64,000 bases of DNA from Bradymonadia bacterium (lineage in GTDB: Bacteria > Myxococcota_A > Bradymonadia > UBA7976 > UBA1532): assembly GCA_046290225.1 (NCBI GenBank), contig JBKAGE010000035.1, positions 32,001 through 96,000 on the forward strand, given 5' to 3'. Shown here in pieces: positions 17,967-27,738 of the stretch. Made by a program: the position numbers and the translations under genes. Within the stretch, counting starts at the first letter, position 1, and each line of letters starts with the position of its first letter. The notes under the pieces were generated by a model, which was given only the letters and a program-made list of their open reading frames with translations, was not told the DNA's origin and did not search any database.

Positions 17967-18905
17967 ATGCGCGTACTCGTCATCATGGACCCCATCCACA
18001 CGGTCCACCCTGACAAGGACACATCCTTCGGCTTCATCCTCGCCGCCCAGGCCCGGGGTCACGAGGTCTTCTACTGCCAGGCGGAAGATCTCTACATCAC
18101 CCCCGGCGAGGGGGCCGGAGCACGCTGCGCAGCGCTCACCGTCCGGCATCAGCTCACCGACTTCTTCGATCTTGGAGAGTGGTCTGGCCGCCCCCTGAGC
18201 GACTTCCACACCATCTGGATGCGGAAAGATCCCCCTGTGGACTGGGTCTACCTGCACGCCACCTACATCCTCGATCAGGCCCCGGCGAGCACCCTGGTGG
18301 TGAACCGCCCCTCGGCCACCCGAGGCGCAAACGAGAAGCTCTACGCCCTCAACTGGCCAGAGTTCTGCCCCGAGACCCTGGTGACCCGCGACGCCGCCCG
18401 CATCACCGCCTGGCTGGCCCAGGGGCAGCCTCTCATCGCCAAGCCCGTGGACGGCCACGGCGGCGCGGGCATCTTCTTGCTCTCCCCCGGTGATCGCAAC
18501 GTACCCAGCATCATCGAGACCCTCACCGAGGAGGGCCGCCGCTGGATCATCGTGCAGGCCTACCTCCCGGCGGCTCGAGAGGGCGACAAGCGCATCATCC
18601 TCATCAACGGCGAGCCCATGGGGGCGATCCTCCGAGTGCCTCAAGACTCGGACCACCGCGGCAACATGCACGTGGGCGGCAGCGCCGTGGCCGTCGACGT
18701 CACGGACGACGAGCGGAAGATGTGCGCCACGCTGGCGCCGAAGCTGCGAGAGGACGGGCTCTACTTCGTGGGCCTCGACGTGATCGGCGGCAAGATGACC
18801 GAGATCAACGTCACGAGCCCCACGGGTATCCGTGAGATCCAATCTCTGGGTGGGCCGGATTTGGGTGATGCGTATGTGAAGTGGATCGAAGGCGTGGTGG
18901 GCTGA
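17967..18905 (+). CDS. gshB: Glutathione synthase
   Basis: MDP...KDTS, MRKDPP, NEKL, KPVDGHGG, GDKRI, RGNMHVGG, EINVTSPTG. Confidence 0.97.
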   Translation: MRVLVIMDPIHTVHPDKDTSFGFILAAQARGHEVFYCQAEDLYITPGEGAGARCAALTVRHQLTDFFDLGEWSGRPLSDFHTIWMRKDPPVDWVYLHATYILDQAPASTLVVNRPSATRGANEKLYALNWPEFCPETLVTRDAARITAWLAQGQPLIAKPVDGHGGAGIFLLSPGDRNVPSIIETLTEEGRRWIIVQAYLPAAREGDKRIILINGEPMGAILRVPQDSDHRGNMHVGGSAVAVDVTDDERKMCATLAPKLREDGLYFVGLDVIGGKMTEINVTSPTGIREIQSLGGPDLGDAYVKWIEGVVG

Positions 18906-18922
18906 GGGGAGCGGTCGCCCGC

Positions 18923-19459
18923 TCAGTACTCCGGCGTACCCATGCCGCTGCGGTCCGGCGGCCCGTCGAAGCCCAGGCGCTCCCACAGCTTCTGGGACTT
19001 CAGCCCCCACAACGCCTTGAGCGTGTCGGCGTAGGCCTGCTGATCGAACTGGGGCCGACCATCAGGGCCAGGGTTCTGCGCCGCCCAGGCGAGGTGCCGT
19101 TGGAACACGTTGAGCATCATGTGAATGATGTCGTGTGGGTGATCCTTCTTGCGCAGTCGCATGCGGTAGAAGGTCTGGGCCTCGGGGGGGTTCTGGTTGA
19201 AGATCTGCGAGCCGATGATGATGTGAAACGTGAGGTGCATGAAGGGGTTGCTGCCGTCGGGCAGCTCATCTTCGCCACCGAGCACGTCCATGGTCTCAAA
19301 GATCGGGAACCAGTCGGGGTGATCGGCCATGGACCGCCCGATGAAGGCCTCTTGCCCCTTGAGCTCGATGCCCTGACGCATCTTCTGCCAGATATGGGCG
19401 AGGGTGGGTCGATCCACCCCCTGAAGCTCGAGCACCACCTTGCCATCGTCAGCCATCAC
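18923..19459 (-). CDS. DUF1841-like protein
   Basis: HPDW and NPFMHLTFH...QI...NPPE pattern of DUF1841. Confidence 0.7.
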   Translation of the reverse strand: MMADDGKVVLELQGVDRPTLAHIWQKMRQGIELKGQEAFIGRSMADHPDWFPIFETMDVLGGEDELPDGSNPFMHLTFHIIIGSQIFNQNPPEAQTFYRMRLRKKDHPHDIIHMMLNVFQRHLAWAAQNPGPDGRPQFDQQAYADTLKALWGLKSQKLWERLGFDGPPDRSGMGTPEY

Positions 19460-19627
19460 GATCTCTCAACACTGTGCGGCAATTGCCGCTTTACACCACA
19501 GCGCGGTCACCACCGCTTTGATGTGTGAAATTATCGATGGCGCAGTGTGGGTGCAAGGCGTGTGGTGTTCTACCCCCTGGTCACCCACCTTCTTTTTGAA
19601 GGCGGGCTGGAGTGAAGTGAAGCCAGC

Positions 19628-20536
19628 TCAGCCCTCTTCAAAATAGTCGAGATCAACACGAACAACGCGAAACACCTCTTGGGCGCTCACCCCCACTTCA
19701 TACTCGATCATCAAATCTGCCAACTGGCTACCATCCACGAGCACGATACTTCCTGGGACTTGCCGTGCGTAACTGTAGGCCCCTTTGCTGAAAGTGCTGG
19801 TCGTGATGAAGACCCCTCGTGTCGCAGTTTGCCCAGCCAGGGCACCAAAGAACTTCTGTATCTCAGGCCGCCCCACGGTACCCTTTGTCCACCGTTTCGC
19901 TTGGATATAGACCTTCTCCAAGCCAAGCCGGTCCAATGTAATGACTCCATCAATCCCCTCATCAGCAGAGGACTGTGTTCTAACCAGATCGTCGCTGGTA
20001 GCTCCGTACCCCATGGCATGGAGCACATCCAATACAAGGGTTTCGAAGAAATCCGGGCTGGTGCTCTTGACCAATTCCAGCAACTCAACACGCAGGCTCT
20101 CTCTCATCTCCTTCATCGCTTCATGAAGGCGCTCAAGAGGACTCTTGGACTCCATCACGGGTGGAATCAGCGCCTCAGCATGCACTGCTGCCTTACTGTC
20201 CTGCTTGTTGATTTTGCAAAGAGACTGAAGCGTGTCAGCATCAAAACCATCAGGGTTATCCGTGAGTGCTTTCACCCCCAATGGAGTAATACGCCAGAAG
20301 CCACGTTTAGCTGACTCGGAGAAACCTGACCTCTTCAATCGATCTTGAGCCCACCCTACTCGGTTCTTGTACACATGCTGTTTCCCACTGGGCAGCATTT
20401 GCCGACGGTCATCATCGGTCAGCTGGAAATGCTCAGCGACAGCAACATATACATCCCTACTTCGAGCGCCATCGGTGGTCGCTGCAAGGATCTGGAGTAG
20501 CGGGTAAATCATCTCATCATAGGTTGGTATAGCCAT
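19628..20536 (-). CDS. mrr: Mrr-family (type IV) restriction endonuclease
   Basis: MAIPTY Mrr_N wHTH (NRVGWA..L...G), FETLVLDVL..MGYG, DEGIDG, IQAKRW, GVFITTSTF. Confidence 0.93.
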   Translation of the reverse strand: MAIPTYDEMIYPLLQILAATTDGARSRDVYVAVAEHFQLTDDDRRQMLPSGKQHVYKNRVGWAQDRLKRSGFSESAKRGFWRITPLGVKALTDNPDGFDADTLQSLCKINKQDSKAAVHAEALIPPVMESKSPLERLHEAMKEMRESLRVELLELVKSTSPDFFETLVLDVLHAMGYGATSDDLVRTQSSADEGIDGVITLDRLGLEKVYIQAKRWTKGTVGRPEIQKFFGALAGQTATRGVFITTSTFSKGAYSYARQVPGSIVLVDGSQLADLMIEYEVGVSAQEVFRVVRVDLDYFEEG

Positions 20537-20672
20537 TCTGTCCCTGCTTCTGTGACTGGCTGCCAACCTACCGAAATCAGCCACCTTCCACACCCACCAT
20601 TGGCCCTCGTGCCTCGAGGTTGCTACCCTCCTGCGTCTTTCAGATCGACCCTTGAATCGCGAGGAGCCCACC

Positions 20673-21401
20673 GTGAGCATCTTCACCGGCACCGCCGCCT
20701 ACTTCGGCGCCCTCGGCCTCATGGCCAAGCATCCCAAGCTCGTCGGCTACGCGTTGATCCCCGCCGCAGTGACCTTCGGTCTATCTCTCGCCGGGGGCTG
20801 GCTCGTGAGCAGCTACATGGACGAGCTCATCGTCTCGTGGCTGGGCAGCGAAGGCGCCTCGGGCTTCTTCGGCACGATCCTCGGGTGGATCGCCGGGGCG
20901 CTCTCGTGGCTCTCCGTGCTCTTCATCACCCCGTGGCTGGTGATGCTCATCGCCTTGCCGCTGTGTGATCCGCTCATCGGCGCCACCGAGGCCGTCATCG
21001 GCGGCAAAGAAGTGGAGGTGGGCATCATCGAGGGCATTGTCAGCGCCCTCAAGAGTACAATCCTGGTGCTACTCGTAGGCCTCGCGGGCTCGATCATCTT
21101 CGGCATGCTGGGGGTGTTGCCAGGCATCGGGCTCATCATCGCCCCCCTGGTCATGTTCGGCTGGACCCCGCTGTTTCTGGCCTTCGATCTCTACGATGGC
21201 TCTCTGAGCCGCAGGAACCTGAGCCCCAAGGGCAAGATCAAGGCGGTCTTCGGCCGCCCCGCCACCGCCTGGGGCCTGGGCATCATCGCCTCGATCCTGG
21301 TGTCGATCCCCATGCTCAACCTCATCGGGCTGCCCCTGAGCGTGGTGGCGGCAGTGCTGGTGGTCTACAAGCTTGAGCAGAAGGGCAAGCTGCCCGCGTG
21401 A
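20673..21401 (+). CDS. EI24/CysZ-like membrane protein
   Basis: ALIP motif, IALPLCDPL, IPMLNL..LP; GAGGAG RBS before GTG. Confidence 0.75.
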   Translation: MSIFTGTAAYFGALGLMAKHPKLVGYALIPAAVTFGLSLAGGWLVSSYMDELIVSWLGSEGASGFFGTILGWIAGALSWLSVLFITPWLVMLIALPLCDPLIGATEAVIGGKEVEVGIIEGIVSALKSTILVLLVGLAGSIIFGMLGVLPGIGLIIAPLVMFGWTPLFLAFDLYDGSLSRRNLSPKGKIKAVFGRPATAWGLGIIASILVSIPMLNLIGLPLSVVAAVLVVYKLEQKGKLPA

Positions 21402-22556
21402 TCACTCACTGGGCTGGAAGATGAAGCGCGCCTCGATCGTGCACTGATGAGAGCCACCATCGAGGGGCTTGGGCACCGGGTCGAACCTCAGCCGCCGCAT
21501 CTTGCTCGCCAAACAGCTGACGATGGACGCCTCACCAAGGCTCTCTTCCGTGACGCGGGCTTCGGAGACCCGCCCGTCGGCGCTGATGATCCACTGCAGC
21601 ACGACATCGCCACGGAGATGAGGGTTACGCCTGAGGCTGCGCTCATAACAATACTGCAGCTGGACAGCTTGCCGCGTCAGCGCCTGCTTCACCGACTCGA
21701 TGTCGCAGGGTCCTTGAAGCACCCGAAAACCTGGGCCGCCCTTCTTCTGAGGTCGCTTCTCTACCTTCTCGAGGCCGGGTCGCCCCCCCTCGGGCCGGGC
21801 CACGGCCACGACAGCGGTGGGCACCTTCGTCCGCGACTTCAGCTGCACCTTGCCCTTTGGCCACTGCGCGAACATCTGTGCTGAAGGCCCACCATCGACC
21901 ATCACCCCGAACTGAGCCCCCAAACCGCCTTCCTTGGCAGACTTCGCCATAAAGCCTGCCAGAGCATTCGACTCCAACGCTGCCCCTCGGGTGCAGAGCA
22001 TGATCACCCGCCCCTGAGCATCGATGGCCAACGCCGCTCGGTGTGCCGACTGCGCTTTCAACTTCAGCGGCTTGCCATCGACGACAGTGCGCGGACCCAC
22101 CTGAATGGCAAATTCGATGTCATCTGATGCCACGAAGTCACGGGTGTGCACCAGGTGCGCCTGGCCCTTCTGTACATAGAACACACCCCAATCCGCCTGC
22201 CGAATCGGGTAGAGCTGCTGGCCGCGATCAATCAACAGCCCCAACGGTGTCGACATCTCATCGAAGAAGTTGCCGTTGACGCCGACGCTCCCCCTCACCC
22301 ATCTCACCATGTCATCCACCGACTCCGCCGAGTGTCCGATCCCCGTCCGGCCCCGCATCCCCGCCGCTGACACGCCTCGAAGCTCAAAGTCAGCCAACTC
22401 AAGCCGCACAGCCTGCACCAAAGTGCCGTCGATGCCTCCAATCCGAAACGTGCGGCTCTCCATCCCCGCAGCCCGCTGACGCCACTCAGAGCCAGCAAAC
22501 GCCAGCCCCGGCAAACACACACACGCCAGCCAAATCACAAAACGCATCAATCGCAC
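21402..22556 (-). CDS. Phosphodiester glycosidase (NAGPA-like) domain fused to AgmX/PglI (TonB-C-like) C-terminal domain
   Basis: VNGNFF, GP..V.DG, RAALA, DGGPS; then LQYCYERSLRRNPHLRGDV...I..DGRV...C. Confidence 0.75.
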   Translation of the reverse strand: MRLMRFVIWLACVCLPGLAFAGSEWRQRAAGMESRTFRIGGIDGTLVQAVRLELADFELRGVSAAGMRGRTGIGHSAESVDDMVRWVRGSVGVNGNFFDEMSTPLGLLIDRGQQLYPIRQADWGVFYVQKGQAHLVHTRDFVASDDIEFAIQVGPRTVVDGKPLKLKAQSAHRAALAIDAQGRVIMLCTRGAALESNALAGFMAKSAKEGGLGAQFGVMVDGGPSAQMFAQWPKGKVQLKSRTKVPTAVVAVARPEGGRPGLEKVEKRPQKKGGPGFRVLQGPCDIESVKQALTRQAVQLQYCYERSLRRNPHLRGDVVLQWIISADGRVSEARVTEESLGEASIVSCLASKMRRLRFDPVPKPLDGGSHQCTIEARFIFQPSE

Positions 22557-22700
22557 CTCTCCAGCAAAGCTCCCAAAGAGACACCCACCCTCAACACAAT
22601 GTTCTCAAGCGAAAAAAGACCACCCCCACCAAGGATCCCCAACGCCCCCCAACACAGCCGCCATTCAAGTCAGAAAAATGTCATGCACGTGCCCCGAGGA

Positions 22701-22868
22701 GGCGCGGAGGTGGCGGCAGTCGTTGTGAGGTCGGTGAGTTTGCGTGCAGGTGGGGTGGCCCAACCGCAGGGGTAGCGAAGGCATTTGCCAGCGCTACCCC
22801 GAGGATTGGAACGCCACACCTGTGCGTGAAATCGCCGGCGTCACGACGGCTGACGCCGCCGCAGCGCC
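22701..22868. repeat. 168-bp long imperfect hairpin element (REP/MITE-like)
   Basis: Nested arms GGCGC/GCGCC, CAGTCGTTGTGA/TCACGACGGCTG, CAGGTG/CACCTG, GGTAGCG/CGCTACC. Confidence 0.7.
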
Positions 22869-22875
22869 GGAGCTC

Positions 22876-24324
22876 CTAGAACAAGCCGCAGGTGGCCTCG
22901 GGGTAGAGGGGGCCGGCGAGGCACATGATGCGCTGGGCCGCAGCGCGGAGCGCCTGCACACCGGCAGCGTTGGGCTCACCACCTGCATCGATGATGCGGT
23001 TCACAGCCTGCAAATCACCCTCGAGCAGGCTGCGGCTGCGGGCGGAGAGGCTCAGGTAGTCGATCAGGCCGTCGTCGGCGAGGGCCGCCTCGAGGAGCAG
23101 CTTCATCGTCGCCGCGTCGCGGGGGTAATCCGTGCCGTTCACCACCGTGGGGTTCGGATCCCGATCCGCGTTGCCCAGGTTGGTGAGCATGCCCACGAGG
23201 TAGTGCGTCTCGAGCACGATCTTGGGGAAGTTGAGCGTGGCCAGCTCATCGGTGGGCTGGTGGTAGTGCTTCGTCTGGCCGTTGGCGATGAACAGCACCG
23301 GAAGGCCCTCGTTGCGGAAGGCGTCGTAGTCACTCCAGGGCTGGTGGCCCAGAGCTGTCTCCTCGATGAGGTGCAGACCACCCGTGTGGATGATCAGGCC
23401 ATCAGGCACCGGGGTCGCGTCCACAGCGTCGGCCACCTGGGGGCTCGTCTCCACCCCGAGGACCACCTGGAAGGGGTAGGAAGGCCACAGATCACCACCG
23501 ACGAGATCGAGGGCGATCATCACGTCGGTCTGCGACAGGGGGTGAATCGGGTGCTCCGCGTAGAAGCGGGAGCCCATCTCCGGCGACAAGAAGGTGGGGG
23601 GCTCCTCTGCATCCCACGAGGCGATGATGATCGACCGCGCCGGGGGGTTCTTCGCCAGCTCGCATGCAGCGGCGACCATGATGGCCACCCCAGCAGCGTT
23701 GTCGTCGGCGCCGTTGCAGATGCCGTTGCAGTCGATGTGATCGTAGTGGGCGCTCACGAGGATGGCGCGATCCGCCTGAGCGGGATCACTGCCTGGGATC
23801 CGACCGATGATGTTCACACCGGGGCTGCCGGTGATCACCTGGTGGTAGGGGTTGTCACCCTGAGGATCGTCACCAAACGGCTCGATGCCGCACTTCTCGT
23901 ACTCTTCGATGATGTAGTTGCGTGCGGCGATGCCACCAGGGCTGCCCTCGTCGCGGCCGGCGCGCTCGTCATCGGCGAGCCACGCGATCATGCGGGTGAG
24001 GTTCTCCTCGTTGATGTGCTCACTGGGCCCAGCACCGCCGGCACCGCCGACCATGCCACCGGCACCCGCCTGGCCACCCGCACCGGCCTCACCGCCAGCG
24101 CCAGCCTGGCCCCCGGCACCGGCCTGACCACCAGCACCGGCTTGACCCCCGGCACCAGCCTGGCCACCGGCGCCAGCCTGGCCACCAGAGCCACCCACGG
24201 CTCCACCAGCGCCAGCTGCGGCGTCGGGGGTGATGTCGGTGGGGGAGGAAGAGTCATCAGAATCACACCCGGCGATCGCCAGAGCGCCGATGAGACCCAG
24301 AGAAGCCAAATGGGTGACGCGCAT
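22876..24324 (-). CDS. M28 family metallopeptidase, lipoprotein with (GGQAGA)n linker
   Basis: IAGC lipobox; SAHYDH, GADDNAAG, DAEE, SDY..F, YHQPTD. Confidence 0.9.
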   Translation of the reverse strand: MRVTHLASLGLIGALAIAGCDSDDSSSPTDITPDAAAGAGGAVGGSGGQAGAGGQAGAGGQAGAGGQAGAGGQAGAGGEAGAGGQAGAGGMVGGAGGAGPSEHINEENLTRMIAWLADDERAGRDEGSPGGIAARNYIIEEYEKCGIEPFGDDPQGDNPYHQVITGSPGVNIIGRIPGSDPAQADRAILVSAHYDHIDCNGICNGADDNAAGVAIMVAAACELAKNPPARSIIIASWDAEEPPTFLSPEMGSRFYAEHPIHPLSQTDVMIALDLVGGDLWPSYPFQVVLGVETSPQVADAVDATPVPDGLIIHTGGLHLIEETALGHQPWSDYDAFRNEGLPVLFIANGQTKHYHQPTDELATLNFPKIVLETHYLVGMLTNLGNADRDPNPTVVNGTDYPRDAATMKLLLEAALADDGLIDYLSLSARSRSLLEGDLQAVNRIIDAGGEPNAAGVQALRAAAQRIMCLAGPLYPEATCGLF

Positions 24325-24485
24325 GTTTCATCTCCGCTTGAGAAGGCGGGGATGAGAGCAAATCACCGACTGATTTGGAAGAGTGTTACTCCAACAGATA
24401 ATGCAAGCTGGTTGTAATTCAGAAGTATCGTGTTGATGAGACGGGGGTATGTACGCACATCCTCGTGGCAAGCGGAGCTGGGGTG

Positions 24486-25160
24486 TCAGCCGCCCTTCAG
24501 CGCATTCGGGAAGCCATCTGGATAGTTGATCTCGGCATCAGAGCGGCGCACGTATCGTGGCTCCAGGGTGCCCACCGGGGCCGGAGATGAAGCATCGATC
24601 CAGCCATACAGCAAGGCCGCTCGGGGCACGTGCAGCGCCGCCGAAGACGGCACCTTGCAATCAGGGATCAGCTCAGGCCAGCGATCCCGATATTTCACCG
24701 CGCCCGAGCCCAGGAGCACCGGGGGCTCACCTGCAGGGAGGTGTGACGACACCTGCTCTGGCGCGATCACCAGCGGCTCGTCGATGCCTGCCCCTGCAGC
24801 GTAGACCTCGCCACGACCCGCATCCACCAGAGCCAGCACCCGATCGTGGGGCAGCGCCGCCACCAGGGCCTTCCAGGTCTGCACGCCGTAGAGCGGCAAG
24901 TCATGAGCCATCGCCAGGCCCTTCAAGGTGGCCAGGGCGATGCGCAGGCCGGTGAAGCTGCCCGGACCGAGGCCGCAGATCAGGCCGTCGAGATCCGTGA
25001 GCGTCTTGCCCGCCTCGGCGAGCAGGGCGTCGATGGCGCCCAATACCGTGGGGCCATGACCGCGGCGATGGAGCGCCATGCGCTCACCCAGCAACACATC
25101 GTCTTCGAGGAGGGCCACCGACTCGTAGGGTGTGGCCGTCTCAGCGGCGAGATACAGCAT
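24486..25160 (-). CDS. tsaB: tRNA t6A modification protein TsaB
   Basis: LAAETAT, GLGPGSFTGLRI, DAGRGEVY, LEPRYVR. Confidence 0.93.
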   Translation of the reverse strand: MLYLAAETATPYESVALLEDDVLLGERMALHRRGHGPTVLGAIDALLAEAGKTLTDLDGLICGLGPGSFTGLRIALATLKGLAMAHDLPLYGVQTWKALVAALPHDRVLALVDAGRGEVYAAGAGIDEPLVIAPEQVSSHLPAGEPPVLLGSGAVKYRDRWPELIPDCKVPSSAALHVPRAALLYGWIDASSPAPVGTLEPRYVRRSDAEINYPDGFPNALKGG

Positions 25161-25202
25161 GCAGAAAACTCGGTAGCAGATGCTCGATGATGGGGATTCA
25201 GA

Positions 25203-26915
25203 TCAGCCCGACCAGAGTCTGAACTGTTTGAGAAGATCATTGCCCAGGGCGAAGAAGATCAGCCCGATCAACATCACCCCACCCACGACCTGGATGCCCT
25301 GCTGCACCTTGATGGGCAACGGACGGCGGATGATCATCTCGATCGAGGCCACCAGGATGTGGCCGCCGTCGAGGGCGGGGATGGGCATGAGGTTGATGAG
25401 GGCGAGGCTCAGCGAGACCACCACCATCAAATGCAAGAAGCTCTCGAAGCCTGCCTTGGCGTACTCACCGGCCAGGTAACCGATGGTGATGGGCCCCGAC
25501 AGCTGCTGAGGGCTCACCTGACCCGAGAACATGCCGCCGATGCTGCGCACGGTGTTCGTCACCTGACGCTCCACCATGCGGTTGGCCTCGTACCAGGCGT
25601 AACCGAGGCGATCGACGTTGTCGACGGGGGCACCCTTCACCTGACGGGCTTGATCGGGCAGCCAGCTGAGCCCCATGCGCCACTGCTTGATCTCGCCGGC
25701 GAGGGGATCCTCGAACTTCACCTGCTCGAGGGCCAGGGTGAAGTCGAGCAGCTGGCCATTACGACGCACCGTGAGCTTCTTGGCCTGCTGAGGCTGGTGC
25801 GTCAGGCGGGCGTACATCGAGTACCAGAGGCTCAGAGCCTTGCCGTCGATGGCGGTGATGCAGTCGCCGGGCTTCAGGCCCGGGCCGGCGCTGTGGCCCA
25901 CCGCAGGGGCCTTCGCCGCAGGGCCGCCGGCGTCGACGGTGGTCACACAGGTCTCCACGGCGCCGAGACCCAGAGATTCTGGCGTTCGGGCTGCGGTGGA
26001 CGGCGGCAGCGTGATCTGCACCTTCTTCTTGGCGAAGAGCGACTCGAGTTGCAGGCCCGAGGCCTTCAGCGGCGTGGCCCGCTCCACCTCGAGGACGAGG
26101 GGTGCGTCGGCCGGCGCCTGAATCAGCGCGCTCATCAGCGTCACGTAGTGATCGATCTCTCGATCCCCCACCTTCACGATGCGGTCGAAGGTGGTCAGGC
26201 CTGCCTGGCCCCCGCCCTTTTCCGGATCGACGATGGAGATCGTGGGCGACTTGAAGCGGGCGCTGTACCCGATGCGGTACTGCTTGTGCTCGAAGCCCAT
26301 CACGTCGGTGTAGTTGATCTCTTCCGGGTGGATCTCCAGAGCGATGGGCTCAGCTACGCCAGGGCGCTCCACCTTGAGACGCATGGGGCCCTGATCGGCA
26401 GAGTACTCGTCGACGTGCTTCACCACCTGCCAGAAGGTCGACACGGACTCGCCATCGATCTCGATGATGGCGTCGCCCTCCCGCAGGCCCTCTTGATACG
26501 CAGGTCGCCCAGTGTCGAGGGCCCCCACCACATTGCCCTCGACCTGATCATATTTGCCGCTCAGGCTGAAGAGGGGCACCAGGATGATGAAGGGCAGCAC
26601 GAGGTTCATCACCGGGCCGCCGAGGTAGATCAGGATCCGGATCCAGGGGGGCTTGTCCTGCAGGGTGCGGCCCACCTCTTCAGGCTCGGGGGCTTCACCA
26701 GGCTCGGCGCCGGCGAGGCGCACATAGCCCCCGACGGGCAGCTTGCTGATGCGGTATTCGGTCTCGCCCCGCGTCCAGCTGACGAGGGTGGGCCCCATAC
26801 CGATGGAGAAGACCCTCACCCGCACGTTCGACAGCTTGGCCACGATGTAGTGACCGAACTCGTGGATGGTGATGAGGACCCCAAGGAGAACGACTGTGGC
26901 CAGCAGGGTGATCAT
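25203..26915 (-). CDS. rseP: RIP metalloprotease RseP (M50) with three PDZ domains
   Basis: HEFGH, FSIGMG, GGYV, SGPITI, NLMPIPALDGG. Confidence 0.95.
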   Translation of the reverse strand: MITLLATVVLLGVLITIHEFGHYIVAKLSNVRVRVFSIGMGPTLVSWTRGETEYRISKLPVGGYVRLAGAEPGEAPEPEEVGRTLQDKPPWIRILIYLGGPVMNLVLPFIILVPLFSLSGKYDQVEGNVVGALDTGRPAYQEGLREGDAIIEIDGESVSTFWQVVKHVDEYSADQGPMRLKVERPGVAEPIALEIHPEEINYTDVMGFEHKQYRIGYSARFKSPTISIVDPEKGGGQAGLTTFDRIVKVGDREIDHYVTLMSALIQAPADAPLVLEVERATPLKASGLQLESLFAKKKVQITLPPSTAARTPESLGLGAVETCVTTVDAGGPAAKAPAVGHSAGPGLKPGDCITAIDGKALSLWYSMYARLTHQPQQAKKLTVRRNGQLLDFTLALEQVKFEDPLAGEIKQWRMGLSWLPDQARQVKGAPVDNVDRLGYAWYEANRMVERQVTNTVRSIGGMFSGQVSPQQLSGPITIGYLAGEYAKAGFESFLHLMVVVSLSLALINLMPIPALDGGHILVASIEMIIRRPLPIKVQQGIQVVGGVMLIGLIFFALGNDLLKQFRLWSG

Positions 26916-26919
26916 GGCC

Positions 26920-27738
26920 TCACCTTAGCGCGCCCAGATACACATAGGCGAACGGCAAGATGAAAATGAAGCCGTCCAGCCGGTCGAGGGCGCCCCCGTG
27001 ACCGGGGATCCAGTTGCCGGAGTCTTTGACGTCGTAGGCGCGCTTCATCATCGACTCCACCAAATCACCCACCACACCGAGCAGGGCACCTGCGGTCCCA
27101 AGGATGATGCAGTCCACGATGGTCAGGTAGCTGTGACCCGGGAAGATCTGGCTGCCCACCCAGGCGAGTAGGATGCCCGCGAAGACACCGCCGACCACAC
27201 CCTCGATGGTCTTCTTGGGGCTGATGAGCGGGTAGAGCTTGTGCTTGCCCAGGAACCGGCCCGCGAAGTAGGCCCCAGTGTCGGAGCCGAAGGCGATGGC
27301 CATGACCAGAATCAGCGCCCACTCACCGTGGGGCAGCCGGCGCACCATGTACACATAGGGGAACAGCGTGCCGAGGTAGATCACCCCGAACATGCGCAGG
27401 GCCAGGCGCTGAATGCTGGTCTCGATGGGGGCGGGGTTGCTCAGCCGATGGAACGACATGAGGATCAAACCCAGCGTCATGGCCACCCCATGGCTGTAGC
27501 CACGCCAGAGGTACTCGTAGACCAGGGGCCACATCACCACCAGCAACGTGGCCACGGTGAACATCACCCGGCCCCCAGTGCTCGCCGGCTCGGCCTTGTG
27601 GGTGATGTTGAGGTACTCACCGCAGGCCGCCAGGGTCACCAGGAACAGCGCCACCGCAAGGCCCCAAGGGGGCAGGTAGAGCAGAATCAGAACAATGCTG
27701 GTGGCCATCACCAGCCCGGAGATGATGCGCGCTAACAC
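26920..27738 (-). CDS. cdsA: Phosphatidate cytidylyltransferase
   Basis: DTGAYFAG, ISPKKTIEG, KDSG..IPGHGG.LDRLD. Confidence 0.95.
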   Translation of the reverse strand: MLARIISGLVMATSIVLILLYLPPWGLAVALFLVTLAACGEYLNITHKAEPASTGGRVMFTVATLLVVMWPLVYEYLWRGYSHGVAMTLGLILMSFHRLSNPAPIETSIQRLALRMFGVIYLGTLFPYVYMVRRLPHGEWALILVMAIAFGSDTGAYFAGRFLGKHKLYPLISPKKTIEGVVGGVFAGILLAWVGSQIFPGHSYLTIVDCIILGTAGALLGVVGDLVESMMKRAYDVKDSGNWIPGHGGALDRLDGFIFILPFAYVYLGALR

